From: Cyanobacteria bacterium J06626_4
GTDB taxonomy: Bacteria > Cyanobacteriota > Cyanobacteriia > Phormidesmidales > Phormidesmidaceae
Direction: 5' to 3'
Assembly (NCBI GenBank): GCA_038523235.1
Contig: JBCBJQ010000001.1
Location: 1 to 64,000, forward strand
DNA: 64,000 bases
Part shown: positions 11,350 through 20,210 of the stretch, piece by piece
Numbering within the stretch: position 1 is the first letter of the stretch
Layout: each line of letters begins with the position of its first letter
The notes under the pieces: model-generated
What the model saw: the letters and a program-made list of their open reading frames with translations, nothing else
What the model was told of the DNA's origin: nothing
Database searches by the model: none
Made by a program: the position numbers and the translations under genes

Positions 11350-12792
11350 TCAGCTGCTCGCGATCGCCTCCTTAATTTCCTGAGGTGACTCACCAGAGGC
11401 TGGGGGAATAGGCAAAAAGATTGTAAAACAGGTGCGGCCCGGTTCTGAAGCGACTTTCACCATGCCTTTGTGGCGATTGTGGATAATGCGACTCACCGCA
11501 TCGAGTCCTAAGCCAGAACCTTGCCCCATCTCCTTGGTGGTATAAAACGGCTCAAAAATGCGCGATTGCACATCGGCGGGAATGCCAGCGCCCGAATCGA
11601 TGACCTCAATGCGCACATAGTTGCCATCACGCTCCGTCCGAATTTCGAGGGTGCCTTGTTCTGCCATCGCATAAAGGGCGTTGTCGATCAGATTAGTCCA
11701 GACTTGATTGAGTTCGCTGCCGTAGGCGCAGATTTGGGGCAAGGATGAGTCGTAATGGCGACAGATCTTCACCCCCTGCTTAAGCTTGTAGGAAAAGAGC
11801 TTGAGGGTATCTTCCAGGCCATCGTGCACGTCGACTAGCTGCTGAGCGCCCTGATCGCGGTGGGAGTAAGACTTCATCGAATGGACGAGGTCGGCGATGC
11901 GTTCGGCTCCCCTGAGGCCATTTTTGATCATCGACATCATGTCAAACGAGAGCGCGAGCCAGCGCACCCCTTGATCCCGCAGTTCCCCGGCTTCATTGCG
12001 CCAGCGACTCGTGAGATGCTCTAGCGTCTCTACTTCAATGCCCGCTGCCGCCAGCGGTTCAGCCAGCTTCCAGGCTTCGGCAACGCCATAGTCTTCGAGC
12101 CAGGTCAGCAGTTCGTCTTCGCGATCGCTGAGGGTCATTGCATCCAACGTTTGATGCAAGATGGTTTCATAGCCGCGATCGCGAATTGCTTGCCACTCCT
12201 GCGTGTGGGCGGGGTCAACCTGGGCCTGACCGTACACCAAGTTCATATGCTCTAGTTCGCGAATGGCGGGCACCACATCGCTCATGGCTCGGACTAGGGC
12301 AGCAGCAGGATTGTTGAGTTCGTGGGCTAACCCAGCGGAAAGGTTGCCCAAAGCGGCCATCTTTTCGCGACCCCGCAGAAAGGACTCTAGCCCCCGCGTC
12401 CGCGTTTGCACCACGCGAAAAATACTGCGCTCAAAGCCACGACAGTTGTGCAGCAGGGTGAGAAAGTCGCAGCAGTTGAGCTGATACAAATAACAGTCAG
12501 TCAGGGTATAAACCGAAACGGGCACCGGCGCTTCGGTCAATACCGGTATTTCCCCAAAAAAGGCGGGGGCCGTATGCTGCCCAATCGGCATTTCGACGCC
12601 TTCGCTCAGCCGCGTCAGGCTGATCTGACCTTTCAAGAGAATGAAAAAGCCACTGGGATCATCCCCTTCTTTGGTCAGGGTGGCTCCAGCCGGGAGCTTC
12701 ACCTCGGTGGCGCGATCGCAGGCCCAGTCCAACTGTTCTTTCGGCAACTGTTGGAAGGCTTCAAGGGTGAGGAGTTCTTCAATACAGAGCAT
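11350..12792 (-). CDS. Cyclic-nucleotide-binding domain histidine kinase
   Basis: N-terminal cNMP fold (EGD, FFGE), AHELNNP, NLIDNA, DSGAGI, GSGLGL. Confidence 0.9.
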   Translation of the reverse strand: MLCIEELLTLEAFQQLPKEQLDWACDRATEVKLPAGATLTKEGDDPSGFFILLKGQISLTRLSEGVEMPIGQHTAPAFFGEIPVLTEAPVPVSVYTLTDCYLYQLNCCDFLTLLHNCRGFERSIFRVVQTRTRGLESFLRGREKMAALGNLSAGLAHELNNPAAALVRAMSDVVPAIRELEHMNLVYGQAQVDPAHTQEWQAIRDRGYETILHQTLDAMTLSDREDELLTWLEDYGVAEAWKLAEPLAAAGIEVETLEHLTSRWRNEAGELRDQGVRWLALSFDMMSMIKNGLRGAERIADLVHSMKSYSHRDQGAQQLVDVHDGLEDTLKLFSYKLKQGVKICRHYDSSLPQICAYGSELNQVWTNLIDNALYAMAEQGTLEIRTERDGNYVRIEVIDSGAGIPADVQSRIFEPFYTTKEMGQGSGLGLDAVSRIIHNRHKGMVKVASEPGRTCFTIFLPIPPASGESPQEIKEAIASS

Positions 12793-12882
12793 GGTAAGAG
12801 CGGCGATAAGGGTGGGGCTGGTGATACCGATAGTCAGTGGGAGCCCGTCAGGGTAGTCTCCAATTCGCCTCAGGACGATCGC

Positions 12883-13734
12883 TTAACTGGCTGGGACTTC
12901 GTTGGGGAGATCGTGTTTCAGGGCGATCGCCGCCTGCTTGAGCGGGGACAGCAAAGATAATGGCACGTGCAGTCCATTGAGTTGCACACCCGGCTGCTTT
13001 TGGGCATCGGTGGGGCCATGATAGTCACTGCCGCCGGTCATCAACAAGTCGTACTCATCACACAGGTCTTCGAGCTTGCGGATGTCGCTGGGGCTGTGGG
13101 TGGGGTGATAGACCTCAATGCCCATCAGGCCAGCGGCCACCAGCTCGGGCAGCACCGACTTGACCGTACCGCCGCGAAAGAGATGAGGATGCGCCCACAC
13201 GGGCACCGCACCGCAGCTGAGCAAGAGCTGAATGCCCTCAGTGGCCAAAAACTTATCGTACTGCACATAGGCGGGGCCACCTTCGCCAATCCAGCGGGTG
13301 AAAGCTTCTTGCGGGTGGTTGACATGTCCGGCTCGGACAAGGGCTTGGGCGATGTGGGGACGACCCGGTGCCATGTCACCTGGCATCGACGGCAGCTCAA
13401 TCGGATAGCCCAACGCGGCGAGCTTGTCGGCCATCGCTTGCGATCGCCGGTGGCGACCTTGAATACGCGCTTGCAAAGGCTTCTCCAACTGGGTGCGGTC
13501 AGGGTAGTAGCCCAAAATGTGCAGCGATCGCTCGCGATGCACGGTGCTGAGTTCCAGGCCGGGCACAATCTCTAGCTGGTCACCTGCGGCGGCGATCGCG
13601 TTATCCCAACCGGCCAGGGTGTCGTGGTCGGTGATCGCCAGGGCTTTGACACCAGCGGTGATCGCCGCCTCGACCAGCGCTGCGGGGGTTAAAGTACCGT
13701 CTGAGCAGGTGGTATGGCAGTGGAGTTCTAGCAT
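12883..13734 (-). CDS. PHP domain metal-dependent phosphoesterase (TrpH/YciV-like)
   Basis: ELHCHTTCSDG, ITDHDT, HILGY, GRPH, AHP, GGSDYHG. Confidence 0.92.
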   Translation of the reverse strand: MLELHCHTTCSDGTLTPAALVEAAITAGVKALAITDHDTLAGWDNAIAAAGDQLEIVPGLELSTVHRERSLHILGYYPDRTQLEKPLQARIQGRHRRSQAMADKLAALGYPIELPSMPGDMAPGRPHIAQALVRAGHVNHPQEAFTRWIGEGGPAYVQYDKFLATEGIQLLLSCGAVPVWAHPHLFRGGTVKSVLPELVAAGLMGIEVYHPTHSPSDIRKLEDLCDEYDLLMTGGSDYHGPTDAQKQPGVQLNGLHVPLSLLSPLKQAAIALKHDLPNEVPAS

Positions 13735-14231
13735 TCGGTATCGGCCCCTAAGTTGGTAAAGACTTCTTCCACAATTGATTTGGCTTTGCGATCGAGCACC
13801 AGCCAATCGACATCGTTAATCTCGCGATCAATCAGGGACTGATCAATCGTGACCGCTTCCTCGGTGGCGACCGGATACTGCTCAAAACAGACGCAGTAGC
13901 ACAGTTCCCAGACGTCTACGATGCGCATCTGTTCGTCGTGAGTCAAATGCAGCTCATAGCCCGGAAACGGTTGAGGTAGCTGGGCCAGCTCGTCACGAAT
14001 CTCGTCAGCCGCCTCGGGGGTGGCGCTGCTGAGCTGGGCCTGCAGCGCTTTAAACCGATGCAGGACGGTTTCGGCCATGCCCTCAGGCCAGAGTTGGGTT
14101 TCATGATAAGTGCCCTGCCAATCAGAGCTGTCGAGTTGCTTGCGAATGTTATCGATGATGCGAATGAGGGCGGGCTGCATCAGCTGATCGGCTAGCTGTC
14201 GAACTTGAGGATGGGCAAATTTCAGCATCAT
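13728..14231 (-). CDS. Conserved cyanobacterial hypothetical protein
   Basis: LMQPALIRIIDNIRKQL...W.GTY, DVWELCY.VCF; stop overlaps the PHP start. Confidence 0.75.
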   Translation of the reverse strand: MMLKFAHPQVRQLADQLMQPALIRIIDNIRKQLDSSDWQGTYHETQLWPEGMAETVLHRFKALQAQLSSATPEAADEIRDELAQLPQPFPGYELHLTHDEQMRIVDVWELCYCVCFEQYPVATEEAVTIDQSLIDREINDVDWLVLDRKAKSIVEEVFTNLGADTEC

Positions 14232-14305
14232 CAGTTTGGCGGGGGGCTCTTCCCAGCTTACCGACAAAATTCACTGGTACGCTGTAGCCCTACCGCTTGA
14301 TCGGT

Positions 14306-14782
14306 TCACTCCAACTGCAGATGTAAGGCCCGGAGCTGGGTTCTGAGGCTTTCGAGCAAGGGGAGTTGAGCTTTGAGCATGTGGCGTTTGGCGGCGGCAG
14401 GTAAAAACCAGGCAGCGCGATCGACCTCGGGAAATTCTTGCATCTGGCCAGATTTGGGGGGCCACTCCATCGTGAATTTGTTGCTAAACACCTGGGTCGG
14501 GTCACAGTCGCCCTCAAAGGCCCAGGCCTTGACCCGTTTGCTCGACTGTTTGATTTCCGGCAGTTCTAAAAACGGCGCTTGGGGAATCAGGCTAGTTTCT
14601 TCAGTAAACTCACGGCAGGCAGTATGGAACAAATCTTCTCCCGCTTCGACCAGACCTTTAGGAATCGTCCAAACGCCGAGGTCGCGCTTGCGCCAAAAGG
14701 GGCCGCCAGGATGCACCAGCAACACTTCCAGCGTCTGGGAGTGTAGACGATACATCAAAAGACCGGCACTCTGTTTGGCCAT
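14306..14782 (-). CDS. NUDIX hydrolase
   Basis: SAGLLMYR, HPGGPFW, Nudix box KGLVEAGEDLFHTACREFTEET, FPEVDRA. Confidence 0.92.
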   Translation of the reverse strand: MAKQSAGLLMYRLHSQTLEVLLVHPGGPFWRKRDLGVWTIPKGLVEAGEDLFHTACREFTEETSLIPQAPFLELPEIKQSSKRVKAWAFEGDCDPTQVFSNKFTMEWPPKSGQMQEFPEVDRAAWFLPAAAKRHMLKAQLPLLESLRTQLRALHLQLE

Positions 14783-14954
14783 GGGGTGAAAAATGTAGGT
14801 GAAACCAGTTCCCGAGCGATCGCTGCACGGAACCGTTGCAGACCAATATAGTGAGGCCAATGAATCCTTGTCGTCACTTGCCCGACAGTTGCTGACCCAG
14901 CCAAACAGGATGTGTCCATTGGTGCACACACATCGGTGTCAAGCGGAGTAAACG

Positions 14955-15719
14955 GTGATGTTCAATTGGCCTCAAAAAGCGGTGGAAAATCTATCGTTGA
15001 TTTTTCCCCACGCCACCTTCTATAAACCCACCGATGCCGCCGTCGTGGCCTTAACCATCGACGATGTGCCCGTGCCCGGAGAATCGGCCCCTTGCTCGAC
15101 CCGATGGATTCTTGATGCGATCGCGACCCATAACCAGAGTGTATCGAATCCCGATGAGAACGCTCGAGCAACTTTTTTTGTCATCGGCAGTCACCTCAAC
15201 CAAGACTTTGAGCTATTGCCCGATATGGTTGCTCAAGGTCATGAGGTCGCCAATCACGGCTTCGTCGATACCTGGCCTGCCCTGCAGTCAACTGCTCTGT
15301 TTGAGGCCCAATTTCAGGCAACGCACCAGCGCTTGCAGCAGCACCTGCCCGCCCACCCCATTCGCTGGTATCGCCCCGGTCGGGCCCTCTATACCCCCTA
15401 CATGTGGGAAGTCCTCAAACGGGCGCCCGGCTACGAAGCGAGCTTTGCCCTCGCATCGATGCTGCCGTTGGATACGTTAGCTCGCACGGCGGAGCCCGCT
15501 TTTACCGCTCAGTATGTCGCCCAGCATATTTTTCCGGGGGCAATTTTGCTGTTGCATGGGGGCTCGGTGGCGCGATCGCAAAATACTGCCGCCGCGCTGC
15601 GGCTGATTTTGCCCCAGCTGCGATCGCAGGGCTATCGCGTCACGACCCTGAGCGACCTCTGGCAACTGCCGACAAAAGTGGCTACCCCCAATTCATTCAT
15701 GACCAAGTTCAAAGACTAG
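14955..15719 (+). CDS. Polysaccharide deacetylase (CE4 / NodB family)
   Basis: ALTIDD, ATFFVIG, HEVANH, YRPG, ILLLH. Confidence 0.88.
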   Translation: MMFNWPQKAVENLSLIFPHATFYKPTDAAVVALTIDDVPVPGESAPCSTRWILDAIATHNQSVSNPDENARATFFVIGSHLNQDFELLPDMVAQGHEVANHGFVDTWPALQSTALFEAQFQATHQRLQQHLPAHPIRWYRPGRALYTPYMWEVLKRAPGYEASFALASMLPLDTLARTAEPAFTAQYVAQHIFPGAILLLHGGSVARSQNTAAALRLILPQLRSQGYRVTTLSDLWQLPTKVATPNSFMTKFKD

Positions 15720-15734
15720 GACAGCGAGCGGTCA

Positions 15735-15788
15735 GGGCTGCAACCGGTTCGGGCGGACGCTCAGGACAGCCCGAACCGGTTGCAGCCC
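15735..15788. repeat. Perfect 20-bp inverted repeat, possible terminator or stabiliser
   Basis: GGGCTGCAACCGGTTCGGGC-14 nt-GCCCGAACCGGTTGCAGCCC, 15 nt after the deacetylase stop; no U-tract. Confidence 0.8.
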
Positions 15789-15852
15789 CACTGCGCACCA
15801 TCAGCATTTGACCAGCGCTTGGCACGTGAGAAGAGCCGTGCCCAACGCATCT

Positions 15853-15938
15853 CAATTGCCGGGCTGTGGCACTGCTGAGTACTGACAGCAACATGTTCGT
15901 CCTGATGATGTGATTGAAGCGCCCCGCCCTTGCGATTG
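15853..15938 (+). repeat. ~85-bp dispersed element (family D, copy 1)
   Basis: GTGGCACTGC...CTGACAG...GTCCTGATGATGTGATTGA aligns with 19933-20017. Confidence 0.6.
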
Positions 15939-16029
15939 CCCAGAGATTGCCCTAACCTTCTCTTAACCTGTTGTGAGGTTTCCCTGACGTGGCGATCGCG
16001 GCGGCCTGAATTTGGTGACCGTCAAAATC

Positions 16030-16057
16030 CTTAAGCGTTTCTCAGGAAAATCTCAGG
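16030..16057 (+). promoter_or_regulatory. 11-bp-period direct repeats, candidate OmpR-family regulator site
   Basis: CTTAAG-N5-CTCAGG-N5-CTCAGG about 100 nt upstream of the Cys-repeat gene; inverted related pair at 15973-15989. Confidence 0.5.
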
Positions 16058-16154
16058 TAACCAGGGTTAATTGACTTCAGGTGTCTCTGCGAGTCACTCT
16101 GCCCAGTCTTCATGCTTAAGACAGTTCATTTCCAAAACTGAGGGGAAAATCCTA

Positions 16155-16403
16155 ATGAATGCAAAATATTTTGGTGCGCTGGCCATTGCGGCAACCTTAA
16201 CGGTCGGCACTGTGGGTTGCGCGACGGGCAGCGACCCCTGCGCGGGTACGACTGATACCGAAACCGTTGATCCTTGTGCCGCTGACCCCTGTGCCGCCGA
16301 TCCTTGTGCCGCTGACCCCTGTGCTGGCAAGGCTGATCCCTGTGCCGCTGACCCTTGCGCCGCTGCTGACCCTTGTGCCGCTGATCCCTGCGCCGCTGAA
16401 TAA
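16155..16403 (+). CDS. Small lipoprotein with nine DPCA Cys-rich repeats
   Basis: GAGGGG RBS, signal peptide ending TVGC, repeats varying at synonymous positions, strong terminator. Confidence 0.88.
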   Translation: MNAKYFGALAIAATLTVGTVGCATGSDPCAGTTDTETVDPCAADPCAADPCAADPCAGKADPCAADPCAAADPCAADPCAAE

Positions 16404-16421
16404 CCTTTTAACGGTCTGAAG

Positions 16422-16466
16422 GCATTAAAAAAGCCTATGAGTCATGCTCATAGGCTTTTTTAATGC
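16422..16466. terminator. Intrinsic bidirectional terminator
   Basis: GCATTAAAAAAGCCTATGAG-TCATG-CTCATAGGCTTTTTTAATGC. Confidence 0.9.
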
Positions 16467-16757
16467 TGTTCAGAACTCGCCTCCAACCCCTGTCCGGTGG
16501 AACCGGGTGCGCCGCCAGTGACGTGGGCAGCGTTGCACCGCTTAAACCATTTAAGGGCAACCGCTCACGATGTGCGCGCGACAGGCCCAATGATGACACC
16601 AGTGCCGCTACTCACTCAATTACGATTTGGGCACAACGCGGCAGCTTGCATAACTGACTCTGTTCACGTGAAATGTCTGTAGAGACATCACAACGGCCTG
16701 CGGGAACACTGGCCTGGGCAATTGTTGAAACCAGCTTCACTTTAGCAACAGGAGACA

Positions 16758-18728
16758 ATGGTGGCGAAAGTATCTCAACTGCAAGCGATCATGGCGATCG
16801 CAACGGTGGCGGCCATTGTGCAGCCAACCGGTCAGGCGATCGCTGACACCACCGCGCCAGAGGCGGCTCAACACCTGCCACCCGATTTGGCCTACGTCAT
16901 CTTGCTCGATACCCGCGACGAGACGTGGCAGCAGCTCGAACAATACGCCCTCGTACAGCAGCTGCAAGCAGAAATCGGGGCACCCCTGGACATCGGCGGA
17001 CTGCCCTTTTTGCCCACTGAACTGGATTACCAAACCGACGTTGCCCCTTGGCTCGGTGACACAGTGGCCGTGGCACTCATGCCGTTAGACACAGCCGACA
17101 GCACTCTGCCAGTCGTCACTGCACTCGCGAACCACGAGGTGCTGATTGCCCCGATTGCCCAATCAAGTGAGTTCAGTGGGTTTATTGAGACGGTCAGCGA
17201 GCTGCGCGGCACCGCACCGGCAGTCGAGACCTATCAGACAATCGACATTCTTTACTGGCAGCCGCAAGACCTAGCGCTAGACGATGACTTCTTCACCCCA
17301 CTCCCTGACGAGGCCCCCACGGACTCTGCCGCCCCGCTGCCGCTAGACCCCGCCGATCAGCAGAAAGCCGGCTCGAGCCCTGAACTCTCGCCGGTAGACT
17401 CCCCGGTTCCCGGTGAGGTGATCGACGAGCCGATTGAGGAGCTGCCCGCCGACTTCCCCGATCCGACCGCCGCTGACTTTCCTTTTCCCGACATTCCCGG
17501 CTTGGCGATCGCCGTGCTACCAGATGTGGTTGTCGCCGCCGAAAACCCAGTCGCTCTGCGCACTTGGTTTGATCAGCGGCCAGAGACTGCAACTACGGCC
17601 CTTGCCACCGACGATAGATTTCTACGGACGCTGGCCCATCCTGAATATGATGGGGCGCTGGGCATTGGCTATGGCAATCTATCAGAAATGGTCAAGTATT
17701 CTTTGACCGACTTGGCGGTTGCGGACCTGTTCCCTGGTGGCGCTACTCTGCCTCCCAGTATTTTTTCGCCTGATCCGGCGCAACTGGCTGCCTTAGACAT
17801 TGATAGCAGCATTGAAGTCTTGATTTATCCCACCGCTCAGGGCATTCGCGTGCAGGGACGCGGCTATTATGACGACCCGCTTTTACAAACTTTGATGGCG
17901 GTGAATGAGCCGGCTCCGCAGCAGGTCCTAGAGCATATTCCGGGCAATAGCTATGGTTTGTTTAGTAGTCAGGACCTAGCTGCTGCTTGGCAAGAAGCTT
18001 CAGCCATCCTGGAGGCCGAGGAGGAAACCAGTGAGGTTCTAGAGCAGGCTCGGAGTTTTTTCAGCCTCGCCACCGGACTTGACCTGGATCAAGATGTCTT
18101 TAGCTGGATGGATCAGGGCTTTAGTGTCTTTCTCTTCCCCACTGAAGATACGCCTCTCACTACCTTTTTGCCAGGGTTAGACATTGGCCTCGGCGTCGCG
18201 TTACAAACCAGCGATCGCGCGACGGCAGAGGCAACCCTGGCAAAACTTGACCAGATTTGGGGCGAAGATATCGGCCTCACGGTTGAGACCCAGGCGACTC
18301 CCATGGGGGCTATCTCCAACTGGCAGGCTGACTTCGACAGTAATGGTCAGCTCGACAGTTTTTTAGGACATGGTTGGGCCAGCGACGATACGCTGATCTT
18401 GACGACTAGTCTAGGCTCCCTCTCCAGCGTTCTAGAGCTAGAACCCGCCCAAGCCCTGCCAAATGCCCTGCGGTTTTTAGGCTCTACCGAAGACTTTCCC
18501 GCCGATAATCAAGGCTATGTCTTCGCCAATCTGGCCCCCGTCCGAGCGCTGGCAGCCCGCTTCTTTCCGGTGATGTCGGGGGGTGATCCAGAATTACGAG
18601 AGTTTTCTCGGCTGCTGGGTTCGCTCAAAGCCATTAGCGGTACCCTCGCTTTTGAAGAAGACTATCTCCAGCTTGATGGCATGGTGATGTTGGCTCCTGC
18701 CACCGTCCCGTGGGAACAGCCCGATTAA
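16758..18728 (+). CDS. DUF3352 family secreted protein
   Basis: Signal peptide, LDYQTDVAPWLGD and GLDLDQDVFSWMD duplicated motifs typical of DUF3352; AGGAG RBS. Confidence 0.75.
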   Translation: MVAKVSQLQAIMAIATVAAIVQPTGQAIADTTAPEAAQHLPPDLAYVILLDTRDETWQQLEQYALVQQLQAEIGAPLDIGGLPFLPTELDYQTDVAPWLGDTVAVALMPLDTADSTLPVVTALANHEVLIAPIAQSSEFSGFIETVSELRGTAPAVETYQTIDILYWQPQDLALDDDFFTPLPDEAPTDSAAPLPLDPADQQKAGSSPELSPVDSPVPGEVIDEPIEELPADFPDPTAADFPFPDIPGLAIAVLPDVVVAAENPVALRTWFDQRPETATTALATDDRFLRTLAHPEYDGALGIGYGNLSEMVKYSLTDLAVADLFPGGATLPPSIFSPDPAQLAALDIDSSIEVLIYPTAQGIRVQGRGYYDDPLLQTLMAVNEPAPQQVLEHIPGNSYGLFSSQDLAAAWQEASAILEAEEETSEVLEQARSFFSLATGLDLDQDVFSWMDQGFSVFLFPTEDTPLTTFLPGLDIGLGVALQTSDRATAEATLAKLDQIWGEDIGLTVETQATPMGAISNWQADFDSNGQLDSFLGHGWASDDTLILTTSLGSLSSVLELEPAQALPNALRFLGSTEDFPADNQGYVFANLAPVRALAARFFPVMSGGDPELREFSRLLGSLKAISGTLAFEEDYLQLDGMVMLAPATVPWEQPD

Positions 18729-18912
18729 GTCCGAGGCTCTAAAACCAAGCGTCAGATGGGGATACGCCCGTCTCTGTGGCGTTAGCGATCGCGATTCTGA
18801 CTTGATTGTGTGGCACTTGCCCAGTGGCGAAGATGCCAATCGCCCACATCTTGGTTTTTACGACCCACTGCCAGCCCGCGCCTGCCATCTCACGGCCACG
18901 AGCGCGGCTGAA

Positions 18913-19015
18913 TATAGCAGAGGGTAGAACGGTAAAGGGTTCAAGGTGCAGGGAAGGACCTTGTCGCCAGCGATCCGGCGATTAAAAGTATTCCAACCTG
19001 ACTGCGGCTCGCTAA
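18913..19015 (+). repeat. MITE-like element (family B, copy 1)
   Basis: TATAGCAGAGGGTAG...GGGTTCAAGGTGCAGGGAAGG...TGACTGCGGCTCGCT; inverted homolog at 40884-40977. Confidence 0.7.
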
Positions 19016-19020
19016 TGACA

Positions 19021-19131
19021 ACGGCGGGAGCGTAGCCTTAAGAGGCGGCGGGGGGATTGGATTGGTGTCAGCTGCCTCATCCGTGAACCGCTAAGGGATT
19101 TGATATAACGAGAAGGTTCGCTGCCCGTCGC
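19021..19131 (+). promoter_or_regulatory. Structured RNA element upstream of rnc
   Basis: 19021-19039 pairs with 19113-19131; inner stems GAGGCGGC/GCTGCCTC and ATCC/GGAT; G-U pairs favour the + strand. Confidence 0.4.
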
Positions 19132-19170
19132 TCCCCACGGCGCTGCCACATCACTGTTAATACATTGGCC

Positions 19171-19899
19171 ATGACTGATTTTGACCCGCCCTTGCCCCCC
19201 CCGCCGAATCTACGCCGCTGTGTGCAGCACCTGGGCATTCCCGATCAGGCCATCCGCTGGGATCTGCTCGATCAGGCCCTGGTACATGCCTCGTCGTCAT
19301 CAGAGTGCAATAACGAACGACTGGAATTTTTGGGTGATTCGGTGCTGCGATTGGCCGCCGCCGAATACCTGATGGAAAAGTATCCCCAGGCTTTGGTCGG
19401 CGAGTTAACGATGGTGCGATCGCACCTAGTGAGCGATCAAACCCTCAGCGAAATTGCTACAGCCTTGGGGCTTGAAGCATTTTTGCAAGTGTCGAGTGCG
19501 GCAGCCGGTGATCAGGCGGCGCGACCCAAGCGCTTGGCCGATGCGATGGAAGCCATTTTGGCGGTGCTGTATCTAAGCAACGGCGACCTGCAGCTGGTGC
19601 GCCCGTGGCTCGACCCCCATCTCGAAACGCTGGCCCAGCGCCTGCTCAAGAATCCCGCCGCTCACAACCCCAAAACGGCCCTGCAGGAGCTGACCCAAAA
19701 ACGCTTTAAAGTGCTGCCCGACTATCGCACCGTCGAAGTTAACTTGCTGCATGGTGACCCAGCCCGCTTTCGCTCTGAGGTCTGGTTTCGCGATCGCTGT
19801 CTGGGCTCGGGGGTGGGGGCATCGCGCAAAGCTGCTGAGCAGGCGGCAGCGCTCGAAGCCTATCGCGCTCTACAGCAGATTGAGATGCAGGCCCAGTAG
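19171..19899 (+). CDS. rnc: Ribonuclease III
   Basis: NERLEFLGDSVL signature, ADAMEA, C-terminal dsRBD (PKTALQE...SRKAAEQAAA). Confidence 0.96.
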   Translation: MTDFDPPLPPPPNLRRCVQHLGIPDQAIRWDLLDQALVHASSSSECNNERLEFLGDSVLRLAAAEYLMEKYPQALVGELTMVRSHLVSDQTLSEIATALGLEAFLQVSSAAAGDQAARPKRLADAMEAILAVLYLSNGDLQLVRPWLDPHLETLAQRLLKNPAAHNPKTALQELTQKRFKVLPDYRTVEVNLLHGDPARFRSEVWFRDRCLGSGVGASRKAAEQAAALEAYRALQQIEMQAQ

Positions 19900-19932
19900 C
19901 CCAGCGAGCACGTGGCTCAAAACAGCTTCCCC

Positions 19933-20017
19933 GATGCCAGGGGAGTGGCAGTGCCCAACCCTGACAGAAATCCTGTCTGTCCTGGTGATGTGATTGACAC
20001 ACTGCTCCCTGGCAGTC
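19933..20017 (+). repeat. ~85-bp dispersed element (family D, copy 2)
   Basis: TGCCAGGG...CCCTGGCA inverted ends; core GTCCTGGTGATGTGATTGA matches 15899-15917 at 18 of 19 nt. Confidence 0.6.
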
Positions 20018-20210
20018 AGCAATTGGCCTAGACTCGGGGAGGTGCCCTAGGTGTCGAGCCAGATGGCGATGATGCGTCATCCCATACCAGTGGCCCTCAT
20101 CCTTGAGCCTTTACCTAGCAGCCTGCTCAACAGCCAAAAACAAGGATCTACTCAGCGTTTTCTTAGGTGAATGTTCGATGCTTGGGGGGAACAGCCTTGA
20201 GGAATTCATC

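Noticed and set aside
12406..13575. 184-aa and 202-aa plus-strand ORFs
   Set aside because: Antisense shadows of the kinase and PHP genes.
16231..16400. 15-bp tandem DNA repeats that could be mistaken for a CRISPR or VNTR
   Set aside because: No spacers; variation is at synonymous positions of the DPCAA coding repeat.
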